From positions 50,567-114,566 of the forward strand of contig CAYVDE010000001.1 of assembly GCA_964450535.1 (NCBI GenBank): a stretch of DNA of 64,000 bases. Reading direction: 5' to 3'. This document shows positions 27,046 to 35,611 of this stretch, in pieces. Every line of letters starts with the position of its first letter. Position 1 is the stretch's first letter. The stretch is from an uncultured Desulfobacterales bacterium (GTDB lineage Bacteria > Desulfobacterota > DSM-4660 > Desulfatiglandales > HGW-15). The position numbers and the translations under genes are program-made. The notes below the pieces were generated by a model, which saw only the letters and a list, made by a program, of their open reading frames with translations, had not been told where the DNA came from and searched no databases.

Positions 27046-27925
27046 ATCCATCTATTTCATAAGGCGTAAGACTCTCAACCCCATCCTCAGTCACCAGCAG
27101 GGTCTGCTCGAACTGGGCCGAAAGCGACCCGTCGTCCGTCACGGCGGTCCAGTTGTCATCGAGCACGTGGAGCTCCTTGTCCCCGAGGTTGATCATGGGC
27201 TCCACCGTGAAGACCATTCCCGGGACCAGGAGGATTCCACGCCCCTTTCGGCCGTAGTGGGGAACTTGCGGGGGTTCATGGAAGTCGAACCCGACCCCGT
27301 GCCCCACAAACTCCCGGACCACCGAACATCCCCGGCCCTCCGCCAGGGACTGGATGGCCCACCCGATATCCCCTACTCTGCTGCCGGGCCGGACCACGGC
27401 AATCCCGGCCTCCAGGCACTCCCGGGCCACGCGTACGACCTTTTCGGCGTCCGGTCCGGGGGTCCCCACAAAAAAAGTCTTGCTTGTGTCCGCATAGTAA
27501 CCGTTCAGGATGGGAGTAACATCCACGTTGACTATATCGCCCTCCTGAAGGATGCGTTCCCCTGGGATCCCGTGACATATGACTTCGTTTACTGAAACGC
27601 ACACGCTCTTGGGATATCCCCGGTAGTTGAGAGGTGCTGGCACGGCCCCTTTCTGGACGGTGAAGTCGTGGACCAGGGTGTTGATCTCATCCGTACTCAT
27701 CCCCGGGTGAATGTGCCTTTCAACCAGATCGAGGGTATCAACCGCTATTCGGCCCGCTTCCCGCAGCGCCTCGATATCCTTCTCCTTCTTGAGACGGATA
27801 CCGTACTCCCGCCTGTAGGTCTCCTCGTAATCCTGAGCGGCGGGTGGAAACTTGCCCAGGCAGCACTTCTTGTACTTCTTGCCGCTCCCGCAGGGACAAG
27901 GATCGTTTCGGCCGGGCTTGTTCAT
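27044..27925 (-). CDS. map: type I methionine aminopeptidase with N-terminal SEC-C zinc motif
   Basis: SEC-C CPCGSGKKYKKCC. MetAP core: VCHGIP, DIVNVD, FVGHGVG. Confidence 0.9.
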   Translation of the reverse strand: MNKPGRNDPCPCGSGKKYKKCCLGKFPPAAQDYEETYRREYGIRLKKEKDIEALREAGRIAVDTLDLVERHIHPGMSTDEINTLVHDFTVQKGAVPAPLNYRGYPKSVCVSVNEVICHGIPGERILQEGDIVNVDVTPILNGYYADTSKTFFVGTPGPDAEKVVRVARECLEAGIAVVRPGSRVGDIGWAIQSLAEGRGCSVVREFVGHGVGFDFHEPPQVPHYGRKGRGILLVPGMVFTVEPMINLGDKELHVLDDNWTAVTDDGSLSAQFEQTLLVTEDGVESLTPYEIDG

Positions 27926-27995
27926 ATCTCCCTCAAAGAACGGGGTCAGGTGTTAAATTCAAAATTCCGCCAAGAAAAGGCCTGACGCCATTGTG

Positions 27996-28160
27996 TCAGA
28001 TCAGGTCGCACCGAATTCGCGCCAGCGTCTCCTCGATCTCATCATCGATGTCTTCACGCCTCAGACGCCGAAGTCGTCCGCAAGACCTGCAGACCAGAAA
28101 TACGCCGCCTCACTTTCGAACCAGTCGAAATTCGCCCTTATTACAGGTATCACACATCAT
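27996..28160 (-). CDS. 54-codon zinc-ribbon ORF with an in-frame TGA (candidate selenoprotein, readthrough product or pseudogene)
   Basis: Hand translation gives MMCDTCNKGEFRLVRK-TGA-GGVFLVCRSCGRLRRLRREDIDDEIEETLARIRCDLI*. CxxC...CxxC straddles the TGA at 28110-28112. The ATG overlaps the ampG stop (ATGA). Too short to appear in the ORF track. Confidence 0.35.
28076..28094 (-). promoter_or_regulatory. SECIS-like mRNA hairpin 15 nt downstream of the in-frame UGA
   Basis: The mRNA reads GUCUGC-AGGUCUU-GCGGAC: a 6-bp stem including one G.U pair, with a loop containing GGUC. Confidence 0.3.
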
Positions 28161-29482
28161 ATCGGTTGATCATCCCCTTTTTGAGGCCTTTCTTGAGCTT
28201 GTGAGGCCACATCCAGTTCCTCGTTGGTGCTGCTCCATGGAGCAATTCTAAACAACAGCAGCATACCGGGTAAGGCGGCCAGTGCGCAAGTGATGTAAAA
28301 GCCGCTCCAGCCGAGGCCTTTGGCCATGAAGCCGGTTATGGAGGCCGCAACCGTGCTGGGAACCGCCATAAGACTTGTCAGTAAGGCGTACTGGGTTGCG
28401 GTGAAGCGCTTGTTGGTCTGAATAGCCATGTATGTGGCGTACGCGGCCTGGCCCATGCCGGTCGAGAAGAACTCGAATCCTACGATGGCCGAGAGAAGCA
28501 CGTGCCGATACATCTCCCAGAATACAGTGCCGTGGTCGACCCAGACGAGCACCGCGAAGAAGGCCGTTGACAATCCCTGAAAGACCCCGAAGACCCACAA
28601 TGACTTGGCAATGCCCAGGCGGACCATGGCGGCCCCCCCGAGCAGGACTCCTCCGAAGAGGCATGCCATGCCGATTCCCTTAACAATGACGAAATACTCG
28701 GTCTTGGTGAACCCCTGCATGAGGATGAACGGGATGTTCAAGGCCCCGGCCATGTTGTCGCCGATCTTGTACAGGAGTATAAAGAGCAGGATCAACAGGG
28801 CGTCGCGCCTCTTGAAAAACTCCAGAAAAGGCTCCACCACGGACTCCCGCAGGGAAGCCGGGTACGGCGTGTCAACCCGTGGTTCGGGGACCAGCAGCAC
28901 GGTCAGGATACCCCCCACCATCATCAAGGAAAGCAGGACGTGAATGGTGGACCAGGATATGTCGGCATCCGCCGCCATAAAGGCGACTCCGACCGAGACA
29001 TACATACCCAGCCGCCATGCGTTCATCCACACGCCGGTACCGAAACCGAGTTCCTCGGTGCTCAGGTATTCTCTCCTGAACGCATCAAGTGCAATGTCCT
29101 GGCTGGCGCCGAAAAAGGCCACGCAAAGGGCGACCACGGCGATCCACTCGAGTGAGCGGGTCGGGTCGAACTGTCCCAGCAGGGAAATGGTGCCCATCAG
29201 CCCAACCTGGGCCATCAGGATCCATCCCCTGCGTCTCCCGAGAAAAGGGGGGACGAACCGGTCCATAACCGGGGACCAGATGAATTTCAGGGTGTAGGGC
29301 ATGGTCACGGCGGAAAACAACCCGATCGTCGTGAGGTCGATGCTGGCGTCCGTCATCCACGCCTTGAGGACGTCCTTGACGATATAGAAGGGAAAGCCGG
29401 AGGCAATGCCGAATGCGAACATGACGAGCATTCGCCACGAAAACATCACCCTCAGCGTGTGAACAAAACCTTTCCCAGCCAT
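28157..29482 (-). CDS. ampG: AmpG-family MFS muropeptide permease
   Basis: 12 or more TM helices and the AmpG-like loop motif FLGRRRGWIL. Confidence 0.8.
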   Translation of the reverse strand: MAGKGFVHTLRVMFSWRMLVMFAFGIASGFPFYIVKDVLKAWMTDASIDLTTIGLFSAVTMPYTLKFIWSPVMDRFVPPFLGRRRGWILMAQVGLMGTISLLGQFDPTRSLEWIAVVALCVAFFGASQDIALDAFRREYLSTEELGFGTGVWMNAWRLGMYVSVGVAFMAADADISWSTIHVLLSLMMVGGILTVLLVPEPRVDTPYPASLRESVVEPFLEFFKRRDALLILLFILLYKIGDNMAGALNIPFILMQGFTKTEYFVIVKGIGMACLFGGVLLGGAAMVRLGIAKSLWVFGVFQGLSTAFFAVLVWVDHGTVFWEMYRHVLLSAIVGFEFFSTGMGQAAYATYMAIQTNKRFTATQYALLTSLMAVPSTVAASITGFMAKGLGWSGFYITCALAALPGMLLLFRIAPWSSTNEELDVASQAQERPQKGDDQPI

Positions 29483-29533
29483 AACCGAAGCGCCTTCCAG
29501 GCGGCCGGAGCCCCCTGCCGAATTTGCCCGCCC

Positions 29534-30241
29534 TTAATCGCCTTCATTAACCGCGAGAAAGGTGCCCGGGTCCATGCGGATGCCCGCCAGGGGGGACCCG
29601 TAGGTCTCGTGGTCCTTGAGAAGATTCAGGTGGATGCCGCCGCTATCGGGCAGCATTTGGAGGATTATGTCGAAGAGGTCGTCGATTTCACCCAGTGGAC
29701 CGGGGATACCGCGCTCGTTCATCTCGGGCATGTGGCGGTGACTGACTGCGGAGAACCAGACATCGGTGTTGAAATCCCCGGCCAGTAACTTAAAGGCCTC
29801 CAGGACCTCCCTTCCCGACCTGGAAAAGTCCAGTCCGTCCACAATGAGGGTGTCCGGCCTGAACCCGGCGTGCTTCGCCAGGTTGTCCAGGTTCTCCCTG
29901 AGGCGTTCTATACGGAAGCTGCGGTTTACATAGGCCAGTATCATCCGGTTCTGCTCCATGAGCGCACGGAGCTCGCTTTCGTCTTCTATGTCCAGGGCCT
30001 TTACCAGGTCGTAGAAGATGACGTTATAGTAGGACGTGACCTTTTCAGGCACGTCCACAAGGGAGATGTGGGCCAGCTTTTTCCGTCGAAACAAACGATC
30101 AAAGGCAATGTGAATAAGGCACGCGGTCTTACCCACGCCCGCCCGTGCCGTGAGAACACCCAGGTTGCCCCGGCCCAGGCCTTTTTTGGATGAGTAATCA
30201 AGAATCCGCAACGGACTGGTTCTGGAAAAATCTACAATCAT
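29534..30241 (-). CDS. single-domain RecA-superfamily (KaiC/DnaB-C-like) ATPase
   Basis: Walker [12 protein letters not shown] and Walker [10 protein letters not shown]. The ATG overlaps the EF-G stop (ATGA). Confidence 0.6.
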   Translation of the reverse strand: MIVDFSRTSPLRILDYSSKKGLGRGNLGVLTARAGVGKTACLIHIAFDRLFRRKKLAHISLVDVPEKVTSYYNVIFYDLVKALDIEDESELRALMEQNRMILAYVNRSFRIERLRENLDNLAKHAGFRPDTLIVDGLDFSRSGREVLEAFKLLAGDFNTDVWFSAVSHRHMPEMNERGIPGPLGEIDDLFDIILQMLPDSGGIHLNLLKDHETYGSPLAGIRMDPGTFLAVNEGD

Positions 30242-32322
30242 TTCCTGCCTCCCTTCCCGTTTTCGGCCGCCTTACGCTTGAGTTCCTCGGCAATGGATTC
30301 CGGCACCCTGGCGTATTTGGAAAATTCCATTGTGAACTCCGCCTTTCCCTGGGTCAGTGAACGGAGAACCGTTGCATAGCCGAACATCTCCGCCAGGGGC
30401 ACCTCCGCATCCACGGTGGTGAACACGCCGTCTTCGGTTGCACTCGTGATCACGCCGCGGCGCTGGTTGATGGACCCCAGAACCCCGCCCTGGTACTCGG
30501 AGGGACACTCCACCGAGACCTTCATGACAGGCTCCAGTATGATGGGCGCCGCCTTGGGATAGGCCTGACGAAAAGCGCCCACCGCAGCAGTGGAAAAGGC
30601 CTTTTCAGATGAGTCCACCGGGTGGTCCTGGCCGTCATTGAGCACAACCCGCATGCCGAGTACGGGCATGCCCAGCATGGGCCCCTTGGCGAGACAGCCC
30701 CTGAAACCGCTGTCCACCGAGGGGATGTACTCCGTGGGGACGGCTCCACCTTTTACCTGGTTGACGAATTCGTATTCACCCTCTTCCGACGGCTCCATGT
30801 AGCCGGCCACGCGCCCGTACTGCCCCGCGCCGCCGGTCTGTTTCTTGTGCGTGTAGTTGAACTCCGCGCGCCGGGATATGGCCTCCCTGTATGCCACCTG
30901 GGGCACTCCGGATTCCACTTCCGCGCCGAATTCCCGGCGCATGCGCTCCAGGTAGATCTCCAGGTGAAGCTCACCCATGCCGGAGATCAGGGTCTCGCCG
31001 GTCTCCCCGTCCACATATGTCCGAAAGGTAGGGTCTTCCCGAATGAACCTGCCCAGGGCCTTGGCGATGCGGTCCTCGGACTTGGCGTCCCGGGCCTTGA
31101 CCGTGAGCGATATGACCGGGTCGGGTACGTATATGGAGGTCATGGAGCAGTTCAGGCGGCCGTCCGTAAAGGTGTCCCCGCTGAAGCAGTCCACCCCGAA
31201 AAGCGCCACGATGTCGCCCGCCGTTGCCTGGGTGATCTCCTCCATCTTGTCCGCGTGCATGCGAACCAGCCGGCCCACTTTGACCTTTTTCCGGTCACGC
31301 GTGTTTACCAGGTCGGCCCCCTTGGAAAGGCTCCCCTGGTATATCCTCAGGTAGGTGAGCTGGCCGTAAGGGCTCACCTCCAGTTTGAACGCCAGGGCCG
31401 CGAGCGGTGCCTCCGGGTCAGGCAGTAGAGGAAACTGTGTCCCTTCACCATCCAGGTCCATGGCCGTGTTTTCCACGTCCAGAGGTGAGGGCAGATAGGC
31501 GGCCACGCCGTCCAGCAGGGGCTGGACACCCTTGTTCTTGTATGCGGAGCCCACAAAGACCGGAGTCAATTCCCTGCTGAGGGTCCCCTTTCGAACGGCG
31601 TCAATGACCAGATCCTCTGTGACCCGCTCCTCCAGTATCGCCTCTGTTAGATCGTCCGAGAACATGGACGCGGCATCCAGGAGCCGCTCACGGGCGGCCT
31701 CGGCCTCGGCTTTTGTTTCGGGCGGGATTTCCACCTCCTGAATATCATCTCCGTACTCGCCCTTGAACAGGATCGCCTTCATCTTCACCAGGTCGATGAC
31801 GCCTTCGAATTCGGCTTCGAGGCCGAGGGGAATCTGCATCAGCATGGCGTTGTGACCGAGCTTTTCCCGGAGCTGGCGGGTAACCCGGAAAGGGTCGGCC
31901 CCGGACCGGTCGCACTTGTTGATGAATGCGACGCGGGGCACGCGATACCGCTTCATCTGCCGGTCCACTGTGATGGACTGGGACTGGACCCCGCCGACAG
32001 CACACAGGACCAGGATGGAACCGTCCAGCACCCGCAGGGCGCGCTCCACCTCGATGGTGAAATCCACGTGGCCCGGCGTGTCGATGACGTTTATCCGGTG
32101 GCCCTTCCACTCGCAGTGGGTGGCCGCAGAGGAGATGGTTATACCCCTCTCCTTTTCGAGCTCCATGGAATCCATGGTAGCGCCTACGCCGTCCTTGCCC
32201 CGGACCTCGTGGACCGCGTGAATCCGCTTGGTGTAAAACAGGATCCGCTCGGTGAGCGTGGTCTTGCCCGAGTCGATGTGTGCGCTTATACCGATGTTTC
32301 TCAGATCTTGTATATCACTCAT
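30238..32322 (-). CDS. fusA: elongation factor G paralog
   Basis: G1 [10 protein letters not shown]3 DTPGHVDF, G4 NKCDR. Full five-domain length (694 aa). Confidence 0.9.
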   Translation of the reverse strand: MSDIQDLRNIGISAHIDSGKTTLTERILFYTKRIHAVHEVRGKDGVGATMDSMELEKERGITISSAATHCEWKGHRINVIDTPGHVDFTIEVERALRVLDGSILVLCAVGGVQSQSITVDRQMKRYRVPRVAFINKCDRSGADPFRVTRQLREKLGHNAMLMQIPLGLEAEFEGVIDLVKMKAILFKGEYGDDIQEVEIPPETKAEAEAARERLLDAASMFSDDLTEAILEERVTEDLVIDAVRKGTLSRELTPVFVGSAYKNKGVQPLLDGVAAYLPSPLDVENTAMDLDGEGTQFPLLPDPEAPLAALAFKLEVSPYGQLTYLRIYQGSLSKGADLVNTRDRKKVKVGRLVRMHADKMEEITQATAGDIVALFGVDCFSGDTFTDGRLNCSMTSIYVPDPVISLTVKARDAKSEDRIAKALGRFIREDPTFRTYVDGETGETLISGMGELHLEIYLERMRREFGAEVESGVPQVAYREAISRRAEFNYTHKKQTGGAGQYGRVAGYMEPSEEGEYEFVNQVKGGAVPTEYIPSVDSGFRGCLAKGPMLGMPVLGMRVVLNDGQDHPVDSSEKAFSTAAVGAFRQAYPKAAPIILEPVMKVSVECPSEYQGGVLGSINQRRGVITSATEDGVFTTVDAEVPLAEMFGYATVLRSLTQGKAEFTMEFSKYARVPESIAEELKRKAAENGKGGRK

Positions 32323-32388
32323 AATAGCTGTTACGCCGTTTAGTTGATAATGGTTAAGGTGTATTCACAGACACGGACACGCCCTTTT

Positions 32389-32421
32389 CACGAACCACGA
32401 ACCACGAATCACGAATCACGG
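32389..32421. repeat. (CACGAAY)x4.5 tandem heptamer
   Basis: cacgaac cacgaac cacgaat cacgaat cacgg, 67-99 nt upstream of the EF-G ATG. Confidence 0.85.
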
Positions 32422-32430
32422 CCTTTCTCT

Positions 32431-32470
32431 CCAAAACAAAAAGAGGGGCCATCAAAAGACCCCCCTTTTC
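32431..32470 (-). terminator. rho-independent terminator of the beta-oxidation operon
   Basis: On the minus strand: AAAAGGGGGG ... CCCCUCUUUU stem followed by UGUUUU, about 50 nt after the ACAD stop. Confidence 0.55.
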
Positions 32471-32520
32471 CTAGCACAATATGCTCCCCGAAGGAAGGGA
32501 ACCGGAAATATATGTACGTG

Positions 32521-34320
32521 TTACATTTTTGTCAAGGTGTATCTGGCAGCGGGAATGGCGTTTTCCGCGATCTGCCGCCTGAGCGCCACCGTATTGACCG
32601 GCGTATACTTGGCCAGCTTCTTGATCCCCATGAGCTGGGTTCGAAGCTCCTCCCCCTCGGATATGGCCGCGAGAATCTGCTTGGCCCACACATCGATCTT
32701 GGGGAGGATATCGTTGATGTATACGCGGGTGGCCGCAATGTGAAGGGCGGCCTTTTCCTCGCCTTCGCGGGCCGCCTTTTTCCTGGCACGCAAAAGTGCG
32801 CTCTCCATGGCAAAGATCTCGATGATCATATCCGCGATGTAGGCGATGATCTCCTGCTCTTTTGCCAGTTTCTGCATGTACTTCTGGGCGGCTGCCCCCG
32901 CTGCGAGGAGAGCGATCTTCTTGGCGTTTTGCACCATCTTCTCTTCCGCATCCAGCAGGGCCTCTTCTTCGCCCATTCCCATTGAGGGCCTCATGGCCAG
33001 AAGATCGCCCATCACCTTCTGCACGGCTTCCAGAAGCGGAAGTTCCCCCTTCATGGCCGCCTTCATGATAGTGTCCACTATGATCATCCGGTTGATCTCA
33101 TTGGTCCCTTCCCATATGCGGTTGATGCGGGAATCCCGGTAGGCGCCCTCTGCGGGGTACTCCTGGATGTAGCCGTACCCGCCGTAGATCTGGACGCACT
33201 CATCCACCACGTAGTCCAGCATCTCGGAACCGTACACCTTGTTGATGGAACACTCGAGCGCGTACTTGCGAAGGGCCTCGCCGGTCTCCTTGCCGGCCTC
33301 GGCCTGGGTGGGATCGATTCCTTCCAGTGTGAGATCCAGGAGGCCCGCCGTCCTGTAGACCATACTCTCGGTAACGTAAATCCGAATGACTATCTCAGCG
33401 ATCTTGGCCCGGATCAGGTTGAAATCCGAAATGGGCCGGCCGAACTGCACTCGTCCTTTTGCGTACTTTATGGTCTCGGTCAGCATAATCTTTGCAGACC
33501 CTACGGTGAAAGCGGCCAGCTTGTAGCGGCCCACGTTGAGCGTGTTCAAGGCCACCACGTGCCCGCGCCCAACCTCGCCCAGGACATTTTCCACCGGGAC
33601 CTTCACGTCCTGAAAGATGACGGCGCGGGTGGAACTGCCGTGCACGCCCATCTTCTTTTCTTCCTCGTCCACCGAGACCCCGTCCCAGGACCGTTCCACT
33701 ATGAAGCTGGTAAACTTGTCGCCGTCCGCCTGCGCGTATGTAAGGAAAAGGTCGGCGAACCCGGCGTTAGTGATAAACTGCTTCTGGCCGTTGAGGACGT
33801 AATACTTGCCGTCCTCGGACAAAGTGGCCGTGGTCTCCGCGCCCAGGGCGTCGGACCCGTGGCCCGGTTCGGTCAGGGCATAGGCCCCCACCCACTCGGC
33901 GCTCGCCAGCTTGGGGAGGTACTTTTTCTTCTGCTCCGGCGTCCCGAACAGGACCACGGGCAGGCTGCCGATGCCTGTCTGGACCGCCAGGGTCACGGCG
34001 AAACCACTGATACCCTGGCTCATGTGCTCCGTGATAAGGGTCCCGCTCACCTTGTCCAGCTCGGATCCCTCATACACCTCGGGCATGTCGGCCCCAAGGA
34101 ATCCCAGTTCGCCCGCTTTCTTGAGCAGCTCGCGGAGAAGCTCCGGGTTGCATTCGGCGAGTTCCTCTCTCTGCGGCACAAGCTCTCCCTGGCCGAACTC
34201 CACGGCGCTCTTGCCGATCATTATCTGTTCCTTATCAAAATCCTCGGGCGTGAACACCTCTTCGGGCGACGCGTCCACGAGCAGGAACTCCCCACCCTTG
34301 AAAAGCTTCATTTCACCCAT
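32521..34320 (-). CDS. long-form acyl-CoA dehydrogenase
   Basis: ACAD signatures YALTEPGHGSD and IWEGTNEINRMII, plus an extended C-terminal domain. RBS AAGGAGG. Confidence 0.9.
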   Translation of the reverse strand: MGEMKLFKGGEFLLVDASPEEVFTPEDFDKEQIMIGKSAVEFGQGELVPQREELAECNPELLRELLKKAGELGFLGADMPEVYEGSELDKVSGTLITEHMSQGISGFAVTLAVQTGIGSLPVVLFGTPEQKKKYLPKLASAEWVGAYALTEPGHGSDALGAETTATLSEDGKYYVLNGQKQFITNAGFADLFLTYAQADGDKFTSFIVERSWDGVSVDEEEKKMGVHGSSTRAVIFQDVKVPVENVLGEVGRGHVVALNTLNVGRYKLAAFTVGSAKIMLTETIKYAKGRVQFGRPISDFNLIRAKIAEIVIRIYVTESMVYRTAGLLDLTLEGIDPTQAEAGKETGEALRKYALECSINKVYGSEMLDYVVDECVQIYGGYGYIQEYPAEGAYRDSRINRIWEGTNEINRMIIVDTIMKAAMKGELPLLEAVQKVMGDLLAMRPSMGMGEEEALLDAEEKMVQNAKKIALLAAGAAAQKYMQKLAKEQEIIAYIADMIIEIFAMESALLRARKKAAREGEEKAALHIAATRVYINDILPKIDVWAKQILAAISEGEELRTQLMGIKKLAKYTPVNTVALRRQIAENAIPAARYTLTKM

Positions 34321-34350
34321 TTCGTCCTCCTTGTATCATTGCTGTTAAGC

Positions 34351-35535
34351 TCAATATTCCTCCACCTCAAAGATGGCGGCGGCGCCCATGCCGAATCCGA
34401 TGCACATGGATACGAGGCCCCACCTGGCCTTGCGCTCGTGCATCTCGTAGACGAGCTGGGTGGTCAGCTTGGACCCGGTGCAGCCCAGGGGATGTCCCAG
34501 GGCTATGGCCCCGCCGTTCACGTTTGTTATCTCTTCATTGATGCCCAGCTCGCGTATGCAGTAGATGGCCTGGGCCGCAAAGGCCTCGTTGAGTTCGATG
34601 AGGTCCATCTGCTCGAGGTCCATGCCGGCGACCTTCAGGACCTTTGGAATGGCCACGGCCGGCCCGACACCCATGTACTCGGGCGGGCATCCTTCGACCA
34701 CATGAGTCCTGAACGTGGCCATGGGCTTGAGTCCCAGCTCCTTGGCCTTCTCCTTGCTCATGAGGACCACGCCCGCTGCGGCGTCGCTGGTCTGCGAGGA
34801 GTTGCCGGCGGTAACGCTGCCCGTGGGCTTGAACGCGGGTTTGAGCCCGCCGATGCTCTCCTTTGTGGTGCCCGGCCGGACGCCCTCGTCCGTGTCAAAG
34901 ACGAACTCCTCGAACTCGAACCGGCCGTTTTTCAGCTTCTTCTGCTTCTTCACGGTTATGGGCACGATCTGTTCCTTGAACTTGCCCGCCTTGACGGCCG
35001 CTTCCGCCTTCTGCTGGCTCAGCGCCCCGAACTCGTCCTGCTCGTCGCGTGTGATGCCGTACTTCTCGGCCACGTTCTCGGCCGTAAGCCCCATGCCGGT
35101 GAAGGCCCCGGGCCGTTCATCCACAAGTGCCGGGTTCGGGTACATCATGCTCCCGCCCATGGGGATCTGGCTCATGCTCTCCACGCCTCCCGCAATGACC
35201 ACGTCCGAATACCCGCACATGATCTTCTCGGCGCCGATGGCGATGGACTGGAGCCCGGACGAGCAGAAGCGGTTTACTGTCATGCCCGGGACCCGGTCCG
35301 GCCAACCCATGGACATGACCAGGACGCGGCCCAGGTTGAGGCCCTGTGTGGCCTCGGGAAAAGTGCATCCTATGATCACGTCATCGATCAAGTTGGGGTC
35401 GAGGTCTCCCGCTCTCTTGACCAGTTCTCCCAGCACGGTGCATCCCATGTGCTCCGGGCGGGTGTCCTTGAGTATTCCGCGAGGGGCCTTTCCGACCGCC
35501 GTTCGGCAGGCGGCGACGATCACGGCTTCTCTCAT
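34351..35535 (-). CDS. acetyl-CoA C-acyltransferase (thiolase)
   Basis: Active-site Cys in [24 protein letters not shown], and C-terminal SMCIGFGMG. Confidence 0.9.
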   Translation of the reverse strand: MREAVIVAACRTAVGKAPRGILKDTRPEHMGCTVLGELVKRAGDLDPNLIDDVIIGCTFPEATQGLNLGRVLVMSMGWPDRVPGMTVNRFCSSGLQSIAIGAEKIMCGYSDVVIAGGVESMSQIPMGGSMMYPNPALVDERPGAFTGMGLTAENVAEKYGITRDEQDEFGALSQQKAEAAVKAGKFKEQIVPITVKKQKKLKNGRFEFEEFVFDTDEGVRPGTTKESIGGLKPAFKPTGSVTAGNSSQTSDAAAGVVLMSKEKAKELGLKPMATFRTHVVEGCPPEYMGVGPAVAIPKVLKVAGMDLEQMDLIELNEAFAAQAIYCIRELGINEEITNVNGGAIALGHPLGCTGSKLTTQLVYEMHERKARWGLVSMCIGFGMGAAAIFEVEEY

Positions 35536-35611
35536 GGCGTTTCCTCCTTGCAGTTACTGCTCTCAGTTATCAGGGGCCGGGTTCCTCCCCTGTTCTTTAC
35601 TCATCCGTCAT

